DNA of 64,000 bases from Anaerolineales bacterium (lineage in GTDB: Bacteria > Chloroflexota > Anaerolineae > Anaerolineales > UBA4823): contig JBAQFX010000232.1 in the NCBI GenBank assembly GCA_049287485.1, positions 2,918-66,917 of the forward strand, written 5' to 3'. Below are positions 46,261 to 55,453 of this stretch, in pieces; the stretch's first letter is position 1, and each line of letters starts with the position of its first letter. Under the pieces are notes generated by a model. The model made no database searches. It was given only the letters and a program-made list of their open reading frames with translations, and was not told the DNA's origin. The position numbers and the translations under genes are program-made.

Positions 46261-46836
46261 ATGGTATTCATAAGTACTGTTATGAGAATAACCATTAAAG
46301 GAATCGATGCGAGAAACATCGGCGATGTAGGCAAATGTGATGGTGAGTTCACCATCGATACAAAACTTATTTTAAGTGTTGAAAATGGCGAGATTCGATA
46401 CAAGGTAATGGAAGTACCAAGCACAAAGAAACGGTATGGGATAGATAATGTCGACTATACCACCTACATTGATGATCTGGACAAGGCGATCTTTCTTGGC
46501 TATGCGGATGGGCAAATAGCAGGACAAATCATTCTGCGCAAGAACTGGAACAGATATGCTTATATAGAGGATATTACTGTAGATGTCAATTATAGGAGGA
46601 GGGGGATTGGTAAGGAATTAATTTCGCAAGCGATGCGCTGGGCTCAAGAACGCAGTCTGGCAGGGATCATGCTGGAGACACAGAATAACAATGTGAGAGC
46701 CTGTAAGTTCTATGAAAACTGTGGTTTTCGACTGAGAGGGTTTGACACTTATCTATACAAGGGGATCGACAGTGATACGGATGAGGTTGCCCTATTTTGG
46801 TACTTGATGTTCGCAGAGACTCTGTCGGGCGGCTGA
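46261..46836 (+). CDS. GNAT N-acetyltransferase, streptothricin acetyltransferase (SatA/Sat4)-like
   Basis: NWNRYAYIEDITVDVNYRRRGIGKELISQAMRWAQERSLAGIMLETQNNNVRACKFYENCGF...DEVALFWY resembles the SatA family as I recall it. The start may be ATG 46282. Confidence 0.55.
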   Translation: MVFISTVMRITIKGIDARNIGDVGKCDGEFTIDTKLILSVENGEIRYKVMEVPSTKKRYGIDNVDYTTYIDDLDKAIFLGYADGQIAGQIILRKNWNRYAYIEDITVDVNYRRRGIGKELISQAMRWAQERSLAGIMLETQNNNVRACKFYENCGFRLRGFDTYLYKGIDSDTDEVALFWYLMFAETLSGG

Positions 46837-46921
46837 TTGCAGGATAGTTGAGTTTACGGCGAGAATCCCAGCAATCAATCCGTAGTTAGCTTCTTATCCT
46901 TATCACTAAAGGGAGGGACCA

Positions 46922-47320
46922 ATGAATATCACAAATATCACTCCCCGTTCTGTGAAGATCATTCGATGGATCGCACGCATCTGGAGTATTCCCGTCTTGG
47001 TCGGCGCTTTGTTCATCTTGTTTATCCCAGATTCAAATGTGACCGAGCCAGTACCAGTTGCGGATTGGTTCTTGCTAAGTTTGTGGGGAATAGCAATCTT
47101 AGGATTGTTGATTGCCTGGCGATGGGAACTTATCGGCGGGATCATCACGGTAACTACAATGTTCATCCGTGAAGTCGCCTGGGTTATCTTGAAAGGTCCA
47201 TGGTTGGTGAATTTCTTGATCGTCTGGGCATTTGTTTTGCCACCAGCGCTCTTGTTTTTAATCGCCTGGAGATTAGAAAGAAAAGCGAGAGAAGCACCAA
47301 CTAAAATGGCTGCGCTATAA
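46922..47320 (+). CDS. hypothetical small membrane protein
   Basis: 132 aa with about four hydrophobic helices. Strong GGGAGGG RBS lies 4 nt upstream. Confidence 0.6.
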   Translation: MNITNITPRSVKIIRWIARIWSIPVLVGALFILFIPDSNVTEPVPVADWFLLSLWGIAILGLLIAWRWELIGGIITVTTMFIREVAWVILKGPWLVNFLIVWAFVLPPALLFLIAWRLERKAREAPTKMAAL

Positions 47321-47435
47321 TCTGGAACCGATCAGATTTGGGTTTCGGATTCGTTCGAGCCTTACCAGGACTTTATTTCGATTGATGACTGTTTTTGTTT
47401 ATATACAGGAACCTGGCGAGAATAATTCTATAGGT

Positions 47436-48296
47436 TTACGAACCCCTATAGCCTAAGCGGGTCAGGCGGTCGGCTACATCCTGGGCAAAGTGCTGGATGC
47501 GTTCCTGTACAAAGGAGTTGATATCAATCTCCGGAGCGTGAATCAACGGGGTCAGGTCCATGGCGTAAGCCAGGCCACTGGATAAATTCACTTCGTAAGG
47601 GTCAAAATAGGTGGCGTTGGCGCGCCGGCGTCCCATGGTGGCCAGGTCATAGCGTTTGCCACCACAAATCTGCGAATCAAACACACCCAGGAGGGCAGCC
47701 TGTAAATTTTCGTGGGAGGAGAGGTCGAAGGTCACTTTATCTTGATCGACCATCCAATCCAGGTCACGCCAGACTTCACAGCCGAAAAGCTGCTGAGGGC
47801 GTTCTGATTCTGGCAGGCTGCGGATGGCAGCAATGACTTTGAGTGCTGTGGCAATGTGGGTGTCGTGCTTATCAGCCAGGTTGTGGGTATAGACGTATTG
47901 GGGATGGGCGATTTGCAAAAGCTGAACCAGGTCCTGGGTGGGTGACTGGTTCAATGCATCCTTGATGGCCGTGCTGGGGTAATTCAGCATCACCAGCGCA
48001 CCATATTCACCCACCACGGCGGCTTTCCGTTGCTCCTTGAAGCGTACCTGGTGCATGGCTTCATCGGAGTAATCCTTATACAGGTCATCGCGCGGCGAGC
48101 CACCCCCATCGGTGAGCACCACGCCAGTGAACCATTGGTGATCCTGCTGGAAGCATGCCAGGATAGGCCCTGCGGCCATGATCTCCAGGTCATCATGGTG
48201 GGCGCTGACTGCAAGATGAGTGGTGCGTGCAAGGGCTTCTTTAGCAGGCAAGCCATCAGGAACAAAGGTTTCAGCCGAGGAAAGTTGAAAGTTCAT
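47436..48296 (-). CDS. PIG-L (LmbE-like) family deacetylase
   Basis: AVSAHHDDLEI (AHPDDE-like zinc motif). GGAGGG RBS lies before ATG 48296. Confidence 0.65.
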   Translation of the reverse strand: MNFQLSSAETFVPDGLPAKEALARTTHLAVSAHHDDLEIMAAGPILACFQQDHQWFTGVVLTDGGGSPRDDLYKDYSDEAMHQVRFKEQRKAAVVGEYGALVMLNYPSTAIKDALNQSPTQDLVQLLQIAHPQYVYTHNLADKHDTHIATALKVIAAIRSLPESERPQQLFGCEVWRDLDWMVDQDKVTFDLSSHENLQAALLGVFDSQICGGKRYDLATMGRRRANATYFDPYEVNLSSGLAYAMDLTPLIHAPEIDINSFVQERIQHFAQDVADRLTRLGYRGS

Positions 48297-48350
48297 ATCA
48301 CCCTCCATGGATCGGAATTTGGAACTTCAAGAAGGAGACAGCGGACAAAT

Positions 48351-48752
48351 TCATGCTACCTGTGCCTTGATGATTTTAATCATCGGTAGGCTGGCCGCCC
48401 AACTACGGATGGCAAGCCAATTTCGCCGGTCACCAGCCGGTGCCTGAATGATCAGCATGGCAAACAACACCGCCACTCCATCCACGCTGGTCTCGCCTGT
48501 CTGCGTCAGGCTCATCACCATAACGAATACAGCCAATGGAGCGCGTTGAAAAGCATCTCGGTGTTTCTTGAGGAATTTGAGAGAGGTGCGGTGCCAACCC
48601 ATGATCATGGCTGCGCCTACTACCACACCATCATAGGATTCAATCTCCTTCACCTGGCTGAGGGGTAAAACTTCCACCTGCGCACCATACCTGGTGATCT
48701 CTTCACCTGCGCTAACTTTTCCGGCGACTGAAGTCGCACCTTTGAAAATCAC
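48351..48752 (-). CDS. flavodoxin-like domain protein, possibly 5'-truncated or degenerate
   Basis: ...YDGVVVGAAMIMGWHRTSLKFLKKHRDAF..PLAVFV resembles flavodoxin-domain (HemG-like) proteins. It has only a GTG start, placed immediately at a terminator-like hairpin. Confidence 0.3.
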   Translation of the reverse strand: MIFKGATSVAGKVSAGEEITRYGAQVEVLPLSQVKEIESYDGVVVGAAMIMGWHRTSLKFLKKHRDAFQRAPLAVFVMVMSLTQTGETSVDGVAVLFAMLIIQAPAGDRRNWLAIRSWAASLPMIKIIKAQVA

Positions 48753-48775
48753 GAAGTCTACGCAGGCAGACTTCG
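48752..48775 (-). terminator. hairpin downstream of gene 48819..49577
   Basis: CGAAGTCT-8 nt-AGACTTCG (8-bp stem), followed on the minus strand by TGATTTTC. Confidence 0.4.
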
Positions 48776-48818
48776 AAGGATTAGTAAGATTTATTGGATC
48801 AACAATAATAACTTAAAT

Positions 48819-49577
48819 TTAGCGTGAGCTGGGTTTACCGGCCTTTTCCCATTCCACCACAGCCGAGCGAATGAGGTTGCGCACTTCTTCATCAGGAACA
48901 TCCTTCACGCCGGGATATTTTTCCCCATCTACGGTGACCATCACCCCTTTGTCGGGGGCATCGTTGACGGTGATCCCACGCTTTGCAAACTGTGTACCCA
49001 CCATCATGTCCTGGAGGATATCATTGATCTGCATGGCAATGCTCTTGAACTGGGGTGTTGGTGGTGCAGGGGTAGGATTTAGAATCCCTCCCACCACATC
49101 GGTGACCTTTGTGCTAACCGGTTTCACCTCATCCATCAAATCAGCAGTGAAGGGTGGTGTGTATCCATGATGATCTTCTATGGGTGCGGATTCGGCCGGA
49201 ATCCACTCACTATCCTGAGTATCTGGCTCTGAGGTTGGGGCGTCGGATGGCTCTTCTACGGGCAGGGTAGGAGGAGTGGACTCCACCAGCCATTTTACCA
49301 ATACATTGGAGGCAAAATTGAGCCGACGGGATTGACCTGAATTGAGCTCACTGGCAGCCCGAAAAGTCTTGCCGTTCATCCCCACTACCAGATCCTGTGT
49401 CTGCGTGTCGCGCATCAGGCGAGCAACTTCTGCCAGGTTCGGATCAGACGAGGTGATTTCTTTGCCCTTACGCGAGTTACCCCGGGCCGCACCTTGTAAA
49501 TACCAGATGAATCCAATCACGGCTGCCCCCATGATGAAAAAGAAACCGGCTAAAAGAAGCGTGGAATAGAATGACAC
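48819..49577 (-). CDS. hypothetical membrane-anchored protein
   Basis: N-terminal TM segment (STLLLAGFFFIMGAAVIGFIWYL), then a Pro/Thr/Glu-rich linker and a C-terminal globular part. Confidence 0.55.
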   Translation of the reverse strand: MSFYSTLLLAGFFFIMGAAVIGFIWYLQGAARGNSRKGKEITSSDPNLAEVARLMRDTQTQDLVVGMNGKTFRAASELNSGQSRRLNFASNVLVKWLVESTPPTLPVEEPSDAPTSEPDTQDSEWIPAESAPIEDHHGYTPPFTADLMDEVKPVSTKVTDVVGGILNPTPAPPTPQFKSIAMQINDILQDMMVGTQFAKRGITVNDAPDKGVMVTVDGEKYPGVKDVPDEEVRNLIRSAVVEWEKAGKPSSR

Positions 49578-49831
49578 GATCGACCTCCATTCAGCAAGTG
49601 AAAAACTGGCAAAGAGTCAATAATTACTCTAAATTGCCCACCGATTAACCGTGCAAGTGGCGTGCCACTTTTGTGGCAGTGCGCACTTTACACATCACGA
49701 TGGGTGTGCTTATTACATTGTAATATATTTTTTCGTCTCCTGCTAAGGCTTCTCCGTTTAATTTATCCCCCTACAAGAAATGCCGGGCAATCGCTCCAAC
49801 CGCAATGCCAGGCATTATCCTAAGTACCTGG

Positions 49832-49920
49832 GTAATTACTCACACCCCAACCCCTGACCCCTCCCCCGCTGGATATATCTACCAAAATAACTGGCAATTA
49901 CACCTGCGGGGGAGGGGAAA
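49832..49920 (+). repeat. dispersed intergenic repeat family, copy D
   Basis: GTAATTACTCACACCCCAACCCCTGACCCCTCCCCCGC-36 nt-GCGGGGGAGGGGAAA. A 12-bp perfect inverted repeat lies at 49858-49869/49906-49917. Confidence 0.65.
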
Positions 49921-49953
49921 TTTATCGATATCATTTTGTAAATATCAGAATAT

Positions 49954-50853
49954 TTATTCCAGTGCCGACCCGTTCGATCCTTCCTGCTGGAATCTTTGGA
50001 TTGCTGAGGCAAAATGTGCACCGAAGAGGGTGATCACACTAGTGATGTATATCATGATCAACAAGGCAATCACCGCACCCAGTGAGCCATACACCAGCTG
50101 GTAACGATTTAAACCACTGCTTAAATACCAGGTGAGTATTGAAATGGCGATCTTCAAAGCGGTCGCCGATAAAACCGCGCCCCAGAAAGCAGATGCCCAG
50201 CGGACGTGCGTACGAGGGAGCCAGCGATATAAAACCAGAAATGCAAGAAATGAGAGAAACCAGGAAATAACATTGGTCAATAGCGATAAGACCACGATAT
50301 TGTTGATTGAGCCCCCTAAGCCAATAGGAGCGAGGATTTGATGGAATATATCAATGGCAGGAGGACCTACGATGGATATGATCAACAGTAAAAAAAGAGA
50401 AATGATCATAACAAATGCCAGCAAACGCTGCTGTACAAAGCCACGGCGTTCGGCCTCCGGCCAAGCCAGGTTGATATTGTTGACCAGGGCTGCCAGCCCA
50501 CCGGAAGCAGACCATATCAGCGTGATCAAACCAATCACGCCGACCGTGCCACGTAGCTGAAGAACACGTTGAATGTTGGTTTCGATTAAGGATCGGGGCA
50601 CAGGAAGCACATTCGTTATCAGATCCAATATATATTGGAGCGGATTATTTACCAGGAAAAGGCTTCCCACCGCAACAAAGACCAGCAGAAACGGAAAAAG
50701 GGAGAATAAAGCATAATAGGCCAGGGCAGCGGCTGCCTGAGACCCACGCATCCTGGTGAAACTATCCAGGGCAGCGCTAAGTATGCTCAACCTGCCACCT
50801 GTAAGCGTATTTATACTGCGATAAAATTTCCGCAACCTGTCTACAACATTCAA
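49954..50853 (-). CDS. YihY/BrkB family membrane protein
   Basis: 299 aa. The N-terminal ...GSQAAAALAYYALFSLFPFLL... signature and six hydrophobic helices support the call. Confidence 0.65.
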   Translation of the reverse strand: MNVVDRLRKFYRSINTLTGGRLSILSAALDSFTRMRGSQAAAALAYYALFSLFPFLLVFVAVGSLFLVNNPLQYILDLITNVLPVPRSLIETNIQRVLQLRGTVGVIGLITLIWSASGGLAALVNNINLAWPEAERRGFVQQRLLAFVMIISLFLLLIISIVGPPAIDIFHQILAPIGLGGSINNIVVLSLLTNVISWFLSFLAFLVLYRWLPRTHVRWASAFWGAVLSATALKIAISILTWYLSSGLNRYQLVYGSLGAVIALLIMIYITSVITLFGAHFASAIQRFQQEGSNGSALE

Positions 50854-50890
50854 TTGTGACCTCCTGACATCATTAGAAAAATTTTACGGA

Positions 50891-51715
50891 TCAGGCAGGT
50901 AACGGCTGGCAGTGAGGGCAGTAATGGGTACCACGTTGCCCTACGAGGATGCGCTCAATGAGTGTACCACATGCAGGGCAAGGTTGACCCGTGCGTTGAT
51001 ACACGCGAAAATAATTTTGGAATTCACCCCCACGATAAACCCAATCGATGCTGGCGCCGTTCCGGGCAATGCCATCCTGCAGAACGGTGCGAATAGCCTG
51101 TAACAATTTCCCGGCTTGCTCTTCCGTCAGACTGTTAGCACAGGTAAGTGGGTTCAGCTTCACCAGGTTCAATGCCTCATCCACGTAAATGTTTCCCAAC
51201 CCGGCCAGGAAAGTCTGGTCGAGCAGCAGGGGCTTGAGCTGTCGTCTGGTTCCCTGCAAGCGCTGGAAGAGACCCTGTGTAGTTAAACCATCATCCAATG
51301 GCTCGGGACCCAGGCTGCCAACCACCTGCTCCAGGTTATCCACCAGCCAAACCCGCCCAAACTTACGCGTATCGTTGAACACCAGCTGGATATTGCCATC
51401 TAATTCAAGCACCAGGCGGTCATGCTTCTCCGGGGATACACTGGCGAGTTTCACCAGCAGGTCACCACTCATGCGCAGGTGAAAGAGCAACCAATCTCTG
51501 GTGAGCCGGAAGACCAGGAACTTGCCTCTTCTGCGAATTTCTGCAATCGATTGTCCGACCAGGCATGCCTTGAATGTAGTTGGAGCTGGCTCAGCCAGGG
51601 TGCGCTCCCAGAGTAGCTCCACTCTTTGGATTTGGTGGTGGAGGATAGCTGGTTGCCCGGGCACGCCCTGGCGCAAGATGCGAGCAATAGTTTCTACTTC
51701 AGGTAATTCAGGCAT
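50891..51715 (-). CDS. mutM: formamidopyrimidine-DNA glycosylase
   Basis: MPELPEVE N-terminus and the C-terminal CPACG...YCPHCQ zinc finger. Confidence 0.85.
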   Translation of the reverse strand: MPELPEVETIARILRQGVPGQPAILHHQIQRVELLWERTLAEPAPTTFKACLVGQSIAEIRRRGKFLVFRLTRDWLLFHLRMSGDLLVKLASVSPEKHDRLVLELDGNIQLVFNDTRKFGRVWLVDNLEQVVGSLGPEPLDDGLTTQGLFQRLQGTRRQLKPLLLDQTFLAGLGNIYVDEALNLVKLNPLTCANSLTEEQAGKLLQAIRTVLQDGIARNGASIDWVYRGGEFQNYFRVYQRTGQPCPACGTLIERILVGQRGTHYCPHCQPLPA

Positions 51716-51883
51716 GTTAAAATCCGCGATCAATCTATATTTGTTCTCGTAATTTAAACAGGTTTATCTATCAAGGATTTCCATTACTTTGTCTAATATC
51801 ACCACCATTAAACATGATGATTAGGGGCACGATATATCGTGCCCCTACAGGCAATGGGGTACTCAAGATTGCCCATCATCTTT

Positions 51884-52429
51884 TTAGAATTCATCCTTCA
51901 ACATGCTCATTACGAGTACATCAATGTATTTTCCATCCCTGTACTCCGCCTGGCGCATTCTCCCCTCATGGACAAAGCCGGCTTTCTCATACGCCCGGAT
52001 GGCGCGTGGATTATTCTCGAATACGCGCAAGAAAATTCGGTTCAGATTGAGGGTACAGAAGCCATATTGCACCAGAAGGCGCACTGCTTCGCTGCCGAAA
52101 CCTCGGTTCCAATAACTCTTCTCACCGATCATGATGCCGAACTCCGAAGAGTGATTTCGCCAGTCAATATCGGTAAAGCCCAAGGTACCGATCAGCCTCC
52201 AATGATCTTCACCACCATCATTGGATGCTTCTCTGATCTCAATTCCCATCACATGCTCATCCATGGGCCGTTTGAGCATGCCCTCGAACCAGTTTTCTTC
52301 TTCGGCTTGAGAAAAAGGGTGGTGGATCATAATACCCTGCTTTACTTCCGAGTCATTCAACCACCTGACGAAGGTAGGCAGGTCTTCCCTTTCAATCGCT
52401 CGAAAACGGATACGTTCGCCGTAGATCAT
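51884..52429 (-). CDS. GNAT family N-acetyltransferase (RimJ/RimL-like)
   Basis: 181 aa with ...YWNRGFGSEAVRLLV..., the acetyl-CoA-binding motif. Confidence 0.7.
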   Translation of the reverse strand: MIYGERIRFRAIEREDLPTFVRWLNDSEVKQGIMIHHPFSQAEEENWFEGMLKRPMDEHVMGIEIREASNDGGEDHWRLIGTLGFTDIDWRNHSSEFGIMIGEKSYWNRGFGSEAVRLLVQYGFCTLNLNRIFLRVFENNPRAIRAYEKAGFVHEGRMRQAEYRDGKYIDVLVMSMLKDEF

Positions 52430-52447
52430 CGCTCCTCCATTCGCAGC

Positions 52448-53473
52448 TCAACCCACGCCATTGACCAGCTGCGCCACTGCCTGGAGAGGTGAAATGCGCC
52501 TGTCCAGCAACTCTTCCAGAGCATGCTGATATGCGCCAGCGGGTAGGCCGCTCCGGAAGCTCTCCACGAGGGTATTTTGCAGGAGTAAGTCCAGCTCGGT
52601 CTGCAAGCGCCAGCGCTCGCGCTGCTCTCTACCGCCAGTCTGCTCCAGAAAAGCCCAGTGGCTGGCGATAGCTTCCGCCAGGCTGGGGATGCCTGTGCCA
52701 TCCAGGGCGATGGTCTGCAAGATTGGAGCCAGCCAAACAGCTGTATTATCACCAGAAGCATCGCCCTCGCCAACGGTTTCCAGCCGGCCATGATGCATGA
52801 GGCGGCGTGGCTGTGGGTGTGAAAGGTTCAGGGCACTGCGTAAAGCACGCTCGGTATTTTCCACACCCGGGAGGTCAGCCTTATTCACCACCAGCACATC
52901 GGCGATCTCCATGATCCCGGCTTTGATGGCCTGGATATCATCTCCCAGGCCAGGTGCTTCGACCACAACCGTGGTATGTGCCAGGCGGGCGATATCCACC
53001 TCAGACTGACCGGCACCGACCGTTTCGATCAGGATCAGGTCATAACCTGCCGCATCCAGCACCTGCACCAATGCCGAAGTAGCAGAGGCGATCCCTCCCA
53101 ATGAGCCACGCGTGGCCATGGAGCGGATGAATACACCCGGGTCACCCGCCAGGTCACGCATACGGATGCGATCCCCCAGGATGGCGCCCCCGCTAAAGGG
53201 GCTGGTAGGGTCTACGGCGACAATAGCCACCTGACGAGGCTGTTCGTCTTGAGCAGGCTTGCGGTAATGGCGTACCAGCTGGTTGACCAGGGAGGATTTC
53301 CCCGTACCTGAAGCGCCGGTCACCCCCACCAGATGGGCTTTGCCGGTATGCGGGAATAGCTGGTTTAATGCCAACTTACCTTGTGCAGTGCCATTTTCCA
53401 CCTGGGAAAGCGTGCGCGCCAAAGCCAGCCGATCGCCTGTCAAAACACCCTGGACCAGATCCATCTCAGTCAT
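52448..53473 (-). CDS. meaB: methylmalonyl-CoA mutase-associated GTPase MeaB (ArgK family)
   Basis: GVTGASGTGKSS P-loop, ETVGAGQSE and VVNKAD motifs. Confidence 0.85.
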   Translation of the reverse strand: MTEMDLVQGVLTGDRLALARTLSQVENGTAQGKLALNQLFPHTGKAHLVGVTGASGTGKSSLVNQLVRHYRKPAQDEQPRQVAIVAVDPTSPFSGGAILGDRIRMRDLAGDPGVFIRSMATRGSLGGIASATSALVQVLDAAGYDLILIETVGAGQSEVDIARLAHTTVVVEAPGLGDDIQAIKAGIMEIADVLVVNKADLPGVENTERALRSALNLSHPQPRRLMHHGRLETVGEGDASGDNTAVWLAPILQTIALDGTGIPSLAEAIASHWAFLEQTGGREQRERWRLQTELDLLLQNTLVESFRSGLPAGAYQHALEELLDRRISPLQAVAQLVNGVG

Positions 53474-53484
53474 CCCAAGACAAG

Positions 53485-53892
53485 CTAGGCATTATCAGTC
53501 AGGATAGCTTTGCGAATATCATTCACATAGGTATCACTGAGGGTGCCTGGTCCATAAATACCAATCACACCCATCTCAAGCAGGAGAGGTACATCTTCAT
53601 CGGGGACAATGCCACCCAGGAAGATTTTGACATGCTCTTGCCCATTGGCTTTGAGCAGCTCGAGCACGCGTGGCACCAGAGCCATGTGGGCACCCGAAAG
53701 GATGGAGAGACCCACCGCATCCACATCCTCCTGCAATGCTGCTTCTGCAATCATCTCAGGTGTCTGTCTGAGGCCGGTATAGATCACCTCCATGCCGGCA
53801 TCGCGCAGGGCGCGCGCCACCACCTTGGCTCCACGGTCGTGCCCATCCAAGCCGGGCTTGGCAATTAACACACGTATCTTGCGTTCGCTCAT
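53485..53892 (-). CDS. cobalamin-binding domain protein (methylmalonyl-CoA mutase small subunit type)
   Basis: [21 protein letters not shown] (DxHxxG B12-binding motif). GGAGG RBS lies before ATG 53892. Confidence 0.8.
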   Translation of the reverse strand: MSERKIRVLIAKPGLDGHDRGAKVVARALRDAGMEVIYTGLRQTPEMIAEAALQEDVDAVGLSILSGAHMALVPRVLELLKANGQEHVKIFLGGIVPDEDVPLLLEMGVIGIYGPGTLSDTYVNDIRKAILTDNA

Positions 53893-53944
53893 ATTTCCTC
53901 CATGGAAATCTGATGGAAAATTATACCAAAGAGCAGACATAGCA

Positions 53945-54053
53945 GTTAGCTGTTGGCAGTGAGTTATTCGTGACAAGTCCTGAAATATGTTTCAGGAAAG
54001 GTAGTAATAAGTAAGTTATTTAGACTCTGTCAGGTTCTGAAATACGTTTACAG
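53945..54053 (+). repeat. second dispersed repeat family, copy 2 (expanded)
   Basis: GTTAGCTGTTGGCAGTGAGTTAT..CCTGAAATATGTTTCAGG...CTGAAATACGTTTACAG. Confidence 0.55.
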
Positions 54054-54263
54054 AAAATTTTAGCATTACGCATATTTGCACTTCAATTGAAATAAATAAA
54101 ACCGGTGGAAAACCTTAATGATCGCCTAATTAAAGCTCACGGGGGACAGCCATATTAAGTGTTAGATAGAGTTCAGACAGCCTGTGCTGCACAGTTGACT
54201 TTTTGGGGATATTTTTGTAAGATGTAAAGAGCGGGAAACCCGCATTACAGGGTTGAGTATCAG

Positions 54264-54887
54264 ATGACAAGAATCAGACCAATGCCCGATAAAGTTAAAT
54301 CTCAGCATGCTATTGGTATGGTGCGCCTGTATCAGAAGCATGTCCTGCCATTTGTAGAAGAACGGTTGGGCTTTGCTGCGATGTACGAACTTAGATCCGT
54401 ATGGCAGGCCGCCATGACGCCCATGCGCACGACTGACCCGGATCAAAAGAAATACGAGGCGGCATACAGCAACTGGTTATGGATGGCACGTTCCAGCCAT
54501 GACTTCCTGGCAGATTTGTTGAAACGCGACGAAGTGATGAACTATAAACGCTTATTGATGCAACTCTATAAAAGGCAGCAAGACAACCCTGACCTGGTTA
54601 TCTACCGCATGTTTGGTAGCCATACTGCTCTGGTAAAAGCATGGGCGTATGAAATGCAATGGATCACACCAATAGAAAAGATCAGCACAAGTGACGGGCA
54701 ATTCACCTGTTTCGTCAAAGAGTGTAAAGTCTTGCAAACACCTGCGACAGCAAGAATCTGCAGGGTGGATTGTAGAAACGTGGGCTCAAACCTGGCGCGC
54801 AAGGTGTATCACCTACAGCGTAAGACAAAAATCGTAAATCACAATTGCACGATGACACTCACGCCCCTGGAAGACGAGGAAGAATAA
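54264..54887 (+). CDS. hypothetical protein with a Cys-rich C-terminus
   Basis: 207-aa ORF. The C-terminal C-x5-C...C-x3-C...C pattern does not allow a confident family assignment. Confidence 0.5.
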   Translation: MTRIRPMPDKVKSQHAIGMVRLYQKHVLPFVEERLGFAAMYELRSVWQAAMTPMRTTDPDQKKYEAAYSNWLWMARSSHDFLADLLKRDEVMNYKRLLMQLYKRQQDNPDLVIYRMFGSHTALVKAWAYEMQWITPIEKISTSDGQFTCFVKECKVLQTPATARICRVDCRNVGSNLARKVYHLQRKTKIVNHNCTMTLTPLEDEEE

Positions 54888-54890
54888 ATA

Positions 54891-54932
54891 AAAGACGTCC
54901 CCATAGCTTTATGGCAGCTAGGGGACGTCTTT
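54891..54932. terminator. bidirectional rho-independent terminator between convergent genes
   Basis: Perfect 12-bp stem AAAGACGTCCCC / GGGGACGTCTTT with an 18-nt loop. On the minus strand it is followed by TTTTATTTATT. Confidence 0.7.
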
Positions 54933-54949
54933 CACTGGCATTGACCGGT

Positions 54950-55453
54950 TTAGATTACCCGCTCGAATTTATCGGCAGGTGACTTGCATACCGGGCAGAT
55001 TCCTTGCAGGGGTCCTTCGTGAGTGTAGCCACAGGTTGGACACACGTAATAATCCACTTCTGCTAAGGGCTGCTTTGCTTCCAATGCGGCCTGCGCTTTG
55101 CGATACAGCTCTTCGTGCACCTTCTCCACTTCCCAGGCCCACTTGAAATAGCTCAGGGCACGCTTCATCGACTCAGCTTCTGCATCCTTGATGAACTCGG
55201 GGTACATGGTCACCCATTCGTAGTTCTCACCGGCAATGGCGGTTTTAAGGTTATCGCTGGTAGCGCCTACGCCATCCATGGCCCGCAGATGGTTGTGAGC
55301 GTGTACCGTCTCGGCTGCAGCGGCTGCCCGGAACAGCCTGGCAATCTGAGGATATCCCTCCGCATCGGCTTTCTTGGCAAATGCCAGGTACCTGCGATTG
55401 GCTTGAGATTCACCGGCGAACGCGGCTTGTAAATCTTCACTTGTTTTGGTCAT
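54950..55453 (-). CDS. rubrerythrin
   Basis: LQAAFAGESQANRRYLAFA ferritin-like diiron domain plus the C-terminal CPTCG...CPVCK rubredoxin-like domain. GAGGAG RBS lies before ATG 55453. Confidence 0.85.
   Translation of the reverse strand: MTKTSEDLQAAFAGESQANRRYLAFAKKADAEGYPQIARLFRAAAAAETVHAHNHLRAMDGVGATSDNLKTAIAGENYEWVTMYPEFIKDAEAESMKRALSYFKWAWEVEKVHEELYRKAQAALEAKQPLAEVDYYVCPTCGYTHEGPLQGICPVCKSPADKFERVI

Noticed and set aside
53979-53996. CCTGAAATATGTTTCAGG matches the CTG-N10-CAG pattern of proteobacterial LexA SOS boxes.
   Set aside because: The host does not look proteobacterial, and no DNA-repair gene is adjacent. The related 17-mer copies have 11-nt spacing. The sequence is better explained as part of the dispersed repeat family.
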